From positions 95,333 to 159,332 of the forward strand of contig JAGBEI010000013.1 in assembly GCA_017937065.1 (NCBI GenBank): 64,000 bases of DNA, read 5' to 3'. The position numbers and the translations under genes were made by a program. Below the pieces are notes generated by a model. It saw only the letters and a list, made by a program, of their open reading frames with translations. It did no database searches and had not been told where the DNA came from. Of this stretch, positions 27,380 through 35,460 are shown piece after piece. The stretch is from Clostridia bacterium. Its GTDB lineage: Bacteria; Bacillota; Clostridia; Oscillospirales; QAKW01. Positions within the stretch are counted from its first letter, which is position 1. Every line of letters starts with the position of its first letter.

Positions 27380-28000
27380 ATGAGAAAACACAGAACAAGC
27401 AAAATACTTTGTACTATATTGATTTTATCCTTAACGCTGGTTTTTCCTATAAGCTCTCAGGCTTATAACATTATGAGGACAGATAATGGCTCGCTTGTTT
27501 ACGGACTTAGAAATTCGTCGATTACTTTTCAATCTTGGAACGGCTTAACTCAGGAAACACGTTGGGCTATTGATTATGCTTCAAGACAGTGGAACAATAG
27601 GACAGGTCAGACAAAGCTATTCCACTCTGCAACACAGCATGGAGAAGCAAACAAATTACCTACTCATGATAACAGAAATCTTATAACTAAGATGTCATTA
27701 ACAGGCACAAGATTTGCAGATTTCTTAATGGTTACAGGTCCTGTTTTTAAATTGTATGGCAGCAAATACCAGATATGTGAAGTGGACATTGTTATTAACA
27801 GTGATTTTCCATGGCGCAACAACGGCAGTACAGCCGGTTATGATGTGCAAAATGTAATGACGCATGAGCTCGGTCACATGCTCGGATTGGATCATACTGA
27901 TGTCGCCTGGGCAACAATGATTGAGGGTACAAATAAAGGCGATACATGGAAGAGAACACTTGAGCAGGACGATTTAAACGGCTTTAACGCTATATATTAA
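27380..28000 (+). CDS. Secreted minimal matrixin-type (metzincin, M10-like) zinc metalloprotease
   Basis: 206 aa. Signal peptide (…PISSQA-YN), HELGHMLGLDH (HExxHxxGxxH), a downstream Met (WATM) and the matrixin-like C-terminus DDLNGFNAIY. Confidence 0.8.
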   Translation: MRKHRTSKILCTILILSLTLVFPISSQAYNIMRTDNGSLVYGLRNSSITFQSWNGLTQETRWAIDYASRQWNNRTGQTKLFHSATQHGEANKLPTHDNRNLITKMSLTGTRFADFLMVTGPVFKLYGSKYQICEVDIVINSDFPWRNNGSTAGYDVQNVMTHELGHMLGLDHTDVAWATMIEGTNKGDTWKRTLEQDDLNGFNAIY

Positions 28001-28019
28001 TAAAAGGAGTAGCTTTACC

Positions 28020-28598
28020 ATGAAAAAAAGATTTATATCAATTTTAAGCATTGCGATTATGGCGCTAATTTGCTTTTCCTCATGCAAAAAAGCAGAAGGC
28101 AACCCGGAAACCATAACCTTATTTTCGGGAAGCTACAGATACATAAGTCCTGAAGAATTGCAGGAAATTGCGGATTTGGTATTTATCGGCGAGTATATCG
28201 GAAAAACCGGTCAGGTAATACCGGATCAGGAATTTTTGGGACATACTATGACTTACCCTGTTTATACCAATCATGCGTTTAAGCCCATAAATATATTAAA
28301 GGGAGAGGCAACAGACGAGGTGACAATACGCTGTGCCGGAGACACTTTGGGCGATTACTCTTACAGCTGCGAAGATACCATGTTATTTGAAGACGGCAAA
28401 AAGTATCTTATGTATACCTATAACGGAACACCCGACGTACCCAACGACACGGAATATAACTATGTCATTACAACGCACTGCTTTGAAATAGACGACAACG
28501 GCGACGTTGATTTTTCCGGAGTTACAACCACCGACGCCGCAAAGCTTCAGGCGCAGTATGACAGCGCGGTCAGCGCGAATGCATCCGTAACCAAATAA
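28020..28598 (+). CDS. Hypothetical lipoprotein
   Basis: 192 aa. Signal peptide with a lipobox-like ICFSS-C. AAAGGAG RBS, 19 nt after the matrixin stop. No recognisable domain. Confidence 0.6.
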   Translation: MKKRFISILSIAIMALICFSSCKKAEGNPETITLFSGSYRYISPEELQEIADLVFIGEYIGKTGQVIPDQEFLGHTMTYPVYTNHAFKPINILKGEATDEVTIRCAGDTLGDYSYSCEDTMLFEDGKKYLMYTYNGTPDVPNDTEYNYVITTHCFEIDDNGDVDFSGVTTTDAAKLQAQYDSAVSANASVTK

Positions 28599-28601
28599 AT
28601 C

Positions 28602-28636
28602 AAAAAACAGTCCGAAAATATTCGGACTGTTTTTTA
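28602..28636. terminator. Bidirectional rho-independent terminator
   Basis: AAAAAA-CAGTCCGAA-loop-TTCGGACTG-TTTTTT. Confidence 0.9.
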
Positions 28637-28647
28637 TTTCAAAAGCT

Positions 28648-29859
28648 CTAAGCGCGCAGTATATCCCCCGGCGCCGCCTCAAACGGAATCTCAATGTAAA
28701 ACTTCATAAACGGTCGCGGACAGCTGTCAATCGGCTGTCCGTTTTCATCAAACATATTCTGAACCGTAAAGCGCCTGCCAGTCCTGCCTGGCGACAGCAG
28801 CTCGGCGCTGTCTCCGACACAGAGCTTGTTTTTCTGCACAAAGCCTGCAAGCCGCCGCTTACCGTCATACTCCGCGCAGTCGCCTATGTACGCTCGAGAC
28901 TTAAGATATCCGGCGCTTTTTGCCACCTTGGCATCGTCAATCGGTCTGTCAAAGAAAAAGCCCGTGTCATACTCGCGGTGCGAGACGCTTTCCAGCTCTG
29001 CCCGCCATGCAGGGTCAAATTCATAGCCTTTCGGGTCTGAAAGATACCTGTCAATCGCCATACGGTAGGTATTGGCGGTGACAGCGGCATAGTACACGCT
29101 TTTCATGCGCCCCTCGATTTTAAAGCTCGTGATTCCGCACTCCATAAGCTGAGGGATATGCTCTATCATACACAAATCCTTTGAGCCGAACAGAAAAGTC
29201 CCGTCCCGTCCCTCATCTATTGTCAGCGGCATATCGGGGCGCTTTTCCTCGGAAATACTGTATATCCAGCGGCAGGGCTGCGCACATGCGCCGCGGTTTG
29301 CGTCCCGTCCCGTAAAGTGATTTGAAATAAGGCACCGCCCGCTGTACGACACGCACATGGCGCCGTGAATGAAAGCCTCCAGCTCCAGCTCAGGCGGTGT
29401 ATCGCGGCGTATCGCGGCGATTTCCTCAAGCGTCAGCTCACGGCTGAGCACCACCCGCTTCGCACCGAGACCGTAATACATATTTGCACTCGCCGCAGAC
29501 ACGACAGACGCCTGTGTAGAAATATGTATCTCCCGCTGCGGCGAAATTTCCTTGATTTTTGATATAACGCCCAGATCTGCTGCGATATACGCATCAAAAT
29601 CAATCCCGTCAAGCTCGCAAAGGTACTTTTCCAAATGCGGATACTCATCGGGATGCGGCATAGTATTTACAGTAAGATACACCTTTTTTCCGCGCTCATG
29701 ACAATACTGCACCGCCTGCTCCAGCTCCTGCATATCAAAGCAGTCGGCGCCCGCTCTCATTCCGAACATGCGCCCTGCAAGATACACGGCATCCGCGCCG
29801 TAAAGCAGAGCGGCGCGCAGCTTTTCAAAATTGCCCGCAGGCGACAGCAGCTCAATCAT
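28648..29859 (-). CDS. Peptidase U32-family protein (collagenase-like / O2-independent hydroxylase family)
   Basis: 403 aa. N-terminus MIELLSPAGN..KLRAALLYGADAVYL and conserved Cys residues (CVSYSGRC; CAQPCRW) typical of U32. Confidence 0.85.
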   Translation of the reverse strand: MIELLSPAGNFEKLRAALLYGADAVYLAGRMFGMRAGADCFDMQELEQAVQYCHERGKKVYLTVNTMPHPDEYPHLEKYLCELDGIDFDAYIAADLGVISKIKEISPQREIHISTQASVVSAASANMYYGLGAKRVVLSRELTLEEIAAIRRDTPPELELEAFIHGAMCVSYSGRCLISNHFTGRDANRGACAQPCRWIYSISEEKRPDMPLTIDEGRDGTFLFGSKDLCMIEHIPQLMECGITSFKIEGRMKSVYYAAVTANTYRMAIDRYLSDPKGYEFDPAWRAELESVSHREYDTGFFFDRPIDDAKVAKSAGYLKSRAYIGDCAEYDGKRRLAGFVQKNKLCVGDSAELLSPGRTGRRFTVQNMFDENGQPIDSCPRPFMKFYIEIPFEAAPGDILRA

Positions 29860-30116
29860 TGCCCGTCCGTCTCCTGCAAAATATCCATAAGCGCGTGCGC
29901 AAGCTGGTCGGGGCAGGAGGTATCCTTATACCCGCAGGTGATACCCTCCAGCCTGTCAATCGCATCCACTGCCCTCATTCCCGCAATAAGTGCGCAGATT
30001 CCGCTTGTGTTTCCGTCGCAGCCTCCCTCAAACTTACAGGACTTTATTATTCCGTCCTTTAGCTCAAGCGTTATTTTTTTTGAACAGACCCCGCGCGGGG
30101 TATAAGTATATATCAT
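29856..30116 (-). CDS. TSCPD-domain 4-Cys protein (TIGR03905-like)
   Basis: 86 aa. YTPRGVCS...GGCDGN...CG...SCPDQL is the TSCPD signature. The stop overlaps the U32 start (ATGA). Confidence 0.75.
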   Translation of the reverse strand: MIYTYTPRGVCSKKITLELKDGIIKSCKFEGGCDGNTSGICALIAGMRAVDAIDRLEGITCGYKDTSCPDQLAHALMDILQETDGQ

Positions 30117-30117
30117 A

Positions 30118-31710
30118 TCAATCTTCCTTTAAAATTTGAGAAACCCTGTTATAGTCGTTTGTTAAAATCGTGTCCATGCCCATTTTGAGATATTCTCTCG
30201 CCTCGTTTGGGTCGTCTGCAAAAAATACGTTGCAGCGCAGACCGTGTGCGTGCGCCCTGTCCACCATTTCCTTATTAAAATACGGCTTGAAAAACTGCAC
30301 TTTCTGACAGCCGTTTTCAACCGCACGCTCGACAATGTCCCAAGGACGGTCTCCCGCGCCCTGGCAGCGGCATATATCCGGCGCAAGCTCACGCGCCATT
30401 TTGAGCACCTTATCGTTGCCGCACATGAAATATACATGCCGGCGGCAGTCGTACTTATCAATCAGCTCAATGATTTTTTCAAGATGCCTTATGTCATAGT
30501 CGCTGTCGTTGTCCGGAGTTTTAATATGTATATTCATAACCGCGTGGCAGGCAAACTTTTTAAGTATTTCTTCAAAGGTTACAATTTTCAGCCCTGCAAA
30601 GCGCTCGTTAAACTTTGTGCCGAAATCCAGCGCATAAAGCTCATCAAGCGTGTGCTCGTATATAAGTCCGTCCCCGTCCGACACGCGCGACAGCTTCTTG
30701 TCGTGCGCGGACACGATGTGTCCGTCGCGTGTATACCAGAGGTCAAACTCTATCTCCTGTGCCCCCAGCGCTATCGCCGCGCCGAAGGCGGGCATGCTGT
30801 TTTCGGGCGCCGCAGTGCTGAAACCGCGGTGCGCGCATATACGCGGATAGGGCATTATGCTGTCATAACGCACAACAGCGCTGCCCGCAGGGCGGTATTT
30901 CCACGGGCGCCTGCCCTTTTCGGTATACTCCCAGTGCGCGCTGTCGGGATTGTTAAAGCCGGCGGGCTTATAATATTTTTTCGACGGGTCAAATTCAAAA
31001 CACTCCATGCCGACGCGGCTTTTCATATTAAGCAATATGTTTCCGTCCGGCGCCGCTGCCATACTGCCGCCGCCGATATCGGAATCCTCCCCCATACTGA
31101 CAGAAGCGCGCAAAACATATGTGTTTGTATTATAAGCCAAAAACCTTGTCATTGTCTCCAGCGCACTCTGCATATCGGAGCGCTGATGGGAGCAGCCGAT
31201 AATAATGTCAAGCCGCTGTCTTGCAAGGTTTGCGAAGTTTTCGTAGAAATAAAAGTCGTAGCAGGTCAGAAAGCCGAATTTCAGCCCGTCCGCCTCAATT
31301 ACATACGGCTCGGAAAACTCAAAGGAATATTCGCTGTCCAGCCGCCTTTTTGAGGTTTCGCCCGGGGTCAGGTGCTGCTTTGGATATTTGCCGACAACAT
31401 TTCCGTTTCTGTCAAAGGCAAGCGTCGTATTGCGGTTATCTGCCGTAACATTGATAAAGAGCATTGAATTGCAGCGCTTTGCCGTTTCGGCAGCCTTACT
31501 TATAAGCCGCTTTGAATATTTCTCAACCATTTGAAGAAATATCTCCCGCGTCGGTGCAAAGCAGGGCACGTCGCACGACTCGGGGAACACAATGATATCC
31601 ATACTGTCATCACATTTGTCCAGCGCTTCAAGCTCCCACTCGAAAAGCTCGTCCGCGCGGGACAGGTCGGTCGTGTAAAACGGCTGTACAATACACGCTT
31701 TCATACTCAT
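30118..31710 (-). CDS. Fusion protein: N-terminal carbon-nitrogen hydrolase (nitrilase superfamily) plus C-terminal glycerophosphodiester phosphodiesterase
   Basis: 530 aa. The C-N hydrolase Glu-Lys-Cys candidates are IIVFPE, YPKQHL and FLTCYD. The GDPD motifs are CAHRG, EFDL and SAHD. Confidence 0.75.
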   Translation of the reverse strand: MSMKACIVQPFYTTDLSRADELFEWELEALDKCDDSMDIIVFPESCDVPCFAPTREIFLQMVEKYSKRLISKAAETAKRCNSMLFINVTADNRNTTLAFDRNGNVVGKYPKQHLTPGETSKRRLDSEYSFEFSEPYVIEADGLKFGFLTCYDFYFYENFANLARQRLDIIIGCSHQRSDMQSALETMTRFLAYNTNTYVLRASVSMGEDSDIGGGSMAAAPDGNILLNMKSRVGMECFEFDPSKKYYKPAGFNNPDSAHWEYTEKGRRPWKYRPAGSAVVRYDSIMPYPRICAHRGFSTAAPENSMPAFGAAIALGAQEIEFDLWYTRDGHIVSAHDKKLSRVSDGDGLIYEHTLDELYALDFGTKFNERFAGLKIVTFEEILKKFACHAVMNIHIKTPDNDSDYDIRHLEKIIELIDKYDCRRHVYFMCGNDKVLKMARELAPDICRCQGAGDRPWDIVERAVENGCQKVQFFKPYFNKEMVDRAHAHGLRCNVFFADDPNEAREYLKMGMDTILTNDYNRVSQILKED

Positions 31711-31751
31711 TCCTCCGTATTTATAAAACTATATTATCTTAACCGAAATGC

Positions 31752-32849
31752 TCAGCACTCACGTGCCGCAAGCTCGGCAATTATACTGTTTGACAGGTAA
31801 AAGCCGCGGTCTGTCAGCCGCAAAATCCCATCGTGTGCCACAGCGTATCCGCTGTCCTTGAGGCGTGAAATAAACTTTTCGCTGTTTTTCAACAGCGCCG
31901 TATCAAGCCCGTTTTTTGTGCGCAGAGAAAGCATTATTTTTTCAAAAAGCGGGTCGTCAATCCGCTCGCATCTGTCAAATTCAAAGCTGCGGCGCGCGCA
32001 GAAACGCCCGATATCAGGCAAAAACGAGCAGCGCATGTCCCTGATTTTGGAATGTGCCGCAGGTCCTATCCCCAAATAGTCCTTACCCGTCCAGTAAGCG
32101 CTGTTGTGGCGGCTTTCAAGTCCGCGCTTTGCGTAATTTGAAATTTCATAATGTACGTAACCGCGCTCTGCCAAAAATTCACACGCAAGAAAATACATTC
32201 TTTCCTGCGTCTGTTCACCGGGCACCGAAACGCCCGACCTCTCAAGAGGCGTGCCGCGCTCCACCTGCAAATTATAGCAGGAAATATGCTCAATATCAAG
32301 CCCCGTAAGAATTTTAAGACTGTTTTCAAAGCTCCTTTCGGTCTGCCCCGGCAGACCGAAAATAAGGTCGCAGCTTATATTGTCAAAGCCCGTATTGCGC
32401 GCAAGCTTTACCGCCTCAACCGCCTGCGCCGAGGTATGTATACGCCCCGCAGCGCGCAGCTGACCGTCGTCAAGCGACTGCACACCCAGCGACAGGCGGT
32501 TTACACCTGCGCCCTTCACGGCGCTCAAAAACTCCCTGTCACAGCTTTCGGGATTTGCCTCAACTGTTATCTCAGCATTTTTTTCGATTTCAAAATTTCG
32601 GTATACAGCGTCAAAAAGCCTGTAAATCAGCTTTGGCGGCAGCACACTGGGTGTGCCGCCGCCTATATATACGGTGTCTGCTCTGCAATCCGAAATTAGC
32701 GGATTTTCGCCGCTGTTTTTACCGAAATACTGTACGCAGCGTATAATTGCGTCAATATATTCCGATTTGTCAAAATCAGTCAGCGAGTAAAAGGAGCAGT
32801 AATTGCATTTATGTCTGCAAAAAGGTATGTGCAAATAAAGGGAAATCAT
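31752..32849 (-). CDS. hemW: Radical SAM heme chaperone HemW (HemN-like, oxygen-independent coproporphyrinogen oxidase family)
   Basis: Start taken at MISLYLHIPFCRHKCNYCSF (CxxxCxxC). This ATG overlaps the upstream TGA (ATGA, 32846-32849). The longer track ORF, extending to 32975, is rejected. Confidence 0.85.
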   Translation of the reverse strand: MISLYLHIPFCRHKCNYCSFYSLTDFDKSEYIDAIIRCVQYFGKNSGENPLISDCRADTVYIGGGTPSVLPPKLIYRLFDAVYRNFEIEKNAEITVEANPESCDREFLSAVKGAGVNRLSLGVQSLDDGQLRAAGRIHTSAQAVEAVKLARNTGFDNISCDLIFGLPGQTERSFENSLKILTGLDIEHISCYNLQVERGTPLERSGVSVPGEQTQERMYFLACEFLAERGYVHYEISNYAKRGLESRHNSAYWTGKDYLGIGPAAHSKIRDMRCSFLPDIGRFCARRSFEFDRCERIDDPLFEKIMLSLRTKNGLDTALLKNSEKFISRLKDSGYAVAHDGILRLTDRGFYLSNSIIAELAAREC

Positions 32850-35035
32850 AGCTTTTCCGTATACTCGTAGTCGCCGCCCGACACATTCATGCGTCTGTCG
32901 CCGAGTATAATCTCGGCGGTGGAGCCTTCGGGCACGGTAAAGCGGTAGATCACGCTGTCGCCGTTTATCTCCCACGCGGATTTAACGGTGCCGCGGCGGG
33001 TGTCAACCGACGCCTTGACATAGGACAGCTGCCTTGAAGGCATCGGCTTTAAGATAATATGCTCATAGCCCGGCTTTTCCTCGCTCGTGTTGATGCCTGC
33101 CGCCACGCCGTACATCCAGTCGGCAACGGCGCCGTAGGCGTAGTGGTTGTAGGAGTTCATTGACGGACTCCAAATATCGCCGTTTTCATCAATGCCGTTC
33201 CAGTGCTCCCATATTGTGGTGGCGCCCAGCTTTACCGAATAGAGCCAGGACGGGAACTTATCCTGAAGCAAAAGCGTATATGCAAGCTCGTTGTTGCCCG
33301 TCTCGCTCAGCGCGTGCATGATATAGGGCGTGCCGACAAAGCCGGTGCACAATGTGTCGCCCCGCTCGTGAATGAGCCTGCACAGATAATCGGCAACGGT
33401 CTTTCTGTCCTTTTGCTCACACAGGTTAAAGTGCAGAGCGAGCACGCAGGCGGTCTGTGTTTTGTATACGGGAAGTCCGTCCTTCATATAATGCGTCCTG
33501 AAGGCGTCAACCACGTTTTTGTAAAGCTCCTCGTAGTAGGAAACGTCCTTGTTCAGCGCGTGACCCGCCTTTACGACAAGACTTGTCGACAGCGCAAAAT
33601 ACGCCTGCGCGATATAGCGCGCGTCCGTACCTCCGCGGTTGTCGTCCGGCTTATCCATAGCAAGCCAGTCACCGAAATGGCTATACGGCGCATTCCACAT
33701 ATATTTATCTCCGCCGAAACGGTCGATAAAATTCACATAACGGCACATCGACTCAAACTGACGCTCCAAAAGCTCACGGTCGCCGTAGGCAAGATATATT
33801 TCCCACGGGCACACCGTCGCCGCGTCCTGCCACGCGGCGGATTTGAGCATTGCAAGCCCCGGAATATCGGGAATCACGGACGGCACCGAGCCGTCGCCTC
33901 GCTGGTCGAGCATCAAGTCAAACAGCCATTTTCTGAAAAACTTATCCACGTCAAAGTTATACGCCGCCGCTCTTACAAACACCTCGGCGTCCCCCGTCCA
34001 GCCCAGGCGCTCGTCACGCTGCGGACAGTCGGTCGGAATATCGACGTAGTTTCCGCGCTGACCGCGGATAATGTTGTCAAACAGCGTGTTGACACGCGGG
34101 TCGGAGCACTCAAAATACCCCGTGCGCTTAATATCGGAATGAATGACGATGAAGCGGAAGTTTTCGGGCTTTACTTCATACGGGAATTTGTCAAGGCGCA
34201 CATACCTTCCGCCCATGAAGGTGAAGTGCGGCTTATAGGTCTGTTTGCCGTCGCGCGCGATATAAGTTATTCTCTGCTGTGCAGAGCGCAGATTTTCGGT
34301 ATAAAAATTACCGTGCTTGTCAAGTATTTCGGCATGGGTATAGGAAATCTCATCCCCCGCCTTTGCGTCCTCCAGCGTAAACTCGACGTATCCTACAAGG
34401 TTATATCCGAAGTCAAGCACCGTCTCGCCCGCAGGGGTATGTATTATCTCACGCACGGGATAGCTTTCGTGCTCGACAATCGGCTCGCCCTCCTGAGGCA
34501 CCAAAAGACCCTTGTCAATCCCGTGTCTTGCCGGACTTTTTTCAGCAGTGCGCGTGTAGTTAATTTCCGTGTACGCCGCATTGTAGCGTTCACCGTCATA
34601 AAGAGTGGCAAACTCAACGGGCGAGGAAACCACCTCCCAGCTTTCATCGGTGTATATCTCCTCGTGTGTTCCGTCCTCATAATCAATGCCGATGGCGGCG
34701 ATGGCGCAAATCGCCTTGCGCTCGGTCGTCTGGCGGTAACCCATACGGTAGGTCCAGCCGGTGGCTATCGATATATCAATAGTGTTGTCTGAGCCGAGCA
34801 TGTCTGTTATATCGTAGGTCTGATACTGAATACGGTTGGAATAACTCGTCCAGCCGGGAGCGAGAACAAAATTGCCCACGCGCTTTCCGTTAATAACAGC
34901 CTCGTAAATACCGTACGCCGTAATCTCCAGCGAGGCGCTTTTTACCTTTTTACAGGAAAAGCTTCTGCGGAATACTATCGCCTTGTCGTCCTTGCCGATA
35001 AGCGACGACGTTATCGAATGTGCGTTTAAAATCAT
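32846..35035 (-). CDS. Alpha-L-rhamnosidase (GH78)
   Basis: 729 aa, with no signal peptide. The N-terminal region (ITAYGIYEAVINGKRVGNFVLAPGWTSY) and the six-hairpin catalytic region (DCPQRDERLGWTGD) are typical of GH78. Confidence 0.85.
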   Translation of the reverse strand: MILNAHSITSSLIGKDDKAIVFRRSFSCKKVKSASLEITAYGIYEAVINGKRVGNFVLAPGWTSYSNRIQYQTYDITDMLGSDNTIDISIATGWTYRMGYRQTTERKAICAIAAIGIDYEDGTHEEIYTDESWEVVSSPVEFATLYDGERYNAAYTEINYTRTAEKSPARHGIDKGLLVPQEGEPIVEHESYPVREIIHTPAGETVLDFGYNLVGYVEFTLEDAKAGDEISYTHAEILDKHGNFYTENLRSAQQRITYIARDGKQTYKPHFTFMGGRYVRLDKFPYEVKPENFRFIVIHSDIKRTGYFECSDPRVNTLFDNIIRGQRGNYVDIPTDCPQRDERLGWTGDAEVFVRAAAYNFDVDKFFRKWLFDLMLDQRGDGSVPSVIPDIPGLAMLKSAAWQDAATVCPWEIYLAYGDRELLERQFESMCRYVNFIDRFGGDKYMWNAPYSHFGDWLAMDKPDDNRGGTDARYIAQAYFALSTSLVVKAGHALNKDVSYYEELYKNVVDAFRTHYMKDGLPVYKTQTACVLALHFNLCEQKDRKTVADYLCRLIHERGDTLCTGFVGTPYIMHALSETGNNELAYTLLLQDKFPSWLYSVKLGATTIWEHWNGIDENGDIWSPSMNSYNHYAYGAVADWMYGVAAGINTSEEKPGYEHIILKPMPSRQLSYVKASVDTRRGTVKSAWEINGDSVIYRFTVPEGSTAEIILGDRRMNVSGGDYEYTEKL

Positions 35036-35158
35036 CGTATTTTGTTCCTTTCTGAAAGAAATGAATTACAGACCTATTATAAAGTCATTTTTATAATTAA
35101 ACAAGAGGGTATTTTGAAAGTTTCGGGTGCTGTTTTGACATTGAACCGATAAAAACAC

Positions 35159-35187
35159 TTGACACATTCATTTTTTGAATATATAAT
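35159..35187 (+). promoter_or_regulatory. Promoter of the tyrS T-box leader (TTGACA-17-TATAAT)
   Basis: TTGACA at 35159-35164 and TATAAT at 35182-35187. Confidence 0.65.
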
Positions 35188-35194
35188 TGTTTTG

Positions 35195-35445
35195 ACAATT
35201 TGCGTCTGAGCAAAATCAAAGTAGCGTTTGCTATCCGAGCTTAAAGAGAGTCTCCGGTCGGTGAGAGGGGGCGCCGGTGCAGACTGCCAATTACACCTTT
35301 GCGAGCAAATCCGGGTCTGCCCGTTACAGCTTGGCGTTTGAAATAAAACGCCGTGAGCCGCATACAGCGATGTGTGCGGAAAGCAAGAGGTGGTACCGCA
35401 TTCATTTGCCCTCTGTCCGCACAGCCGGACGGAGGGCTTTTTTAT
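35195..35445 (+). promoter_or_regulatory. T-box riboswitch leader, tyrosine specifier (UAC)
   Basis: Stem I base UUUGCU/AGCAAA with an AGAGAG K-turn-like motif and GGUGAGA. UAC followed by A at about 35292 in the specifier position. T-box sequence AGAGGUGGUACCGCA at 35386-35400. A 12-bp terminator (35408-35437) plus U6 competes with an AGAGG/CCUCU antiterminator. Confidence 0.85.
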
Positions 35446-35460
35446 TTAAAGGAGAAAATC

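Noticed and set aside
30244-31353. A 369-aa plus-strand ORF.
   Set aside because: It is antisense to the C-N hydrolase::GDPD gene. Its composition is that of a shadow ORF.
32850-32975. A 42-aa N-terminal extension of HemW.
   Set aside because: It lies inside the 3' end of the rhamnosidase gene and is Arg-rich. The canonical HemW N-terminus begins at the ATG that overlaps the upstream stop.
33203-34792. A 529-aa plus-strand ORF.
   Set aside because: It lies entirely antisense to the well-supported GH78 rhamnosidase. Its sequence is Arg/Val/His-rich and low in information, typical of stop-poor antisense frames of GC-rich, codon-biased genes. No RBS or motif.
35277-35460. The N-terminal extension of the tyrS ORF (track start 35353), and the 87-aa ORF at 35277-35540.
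   Set aside because: The region is a T-box leader, with a specifier, a T-box sequence and a terminator. The true start at 35461 has AAAGGAG upstream and gives the canonical TyrS N-terminus.
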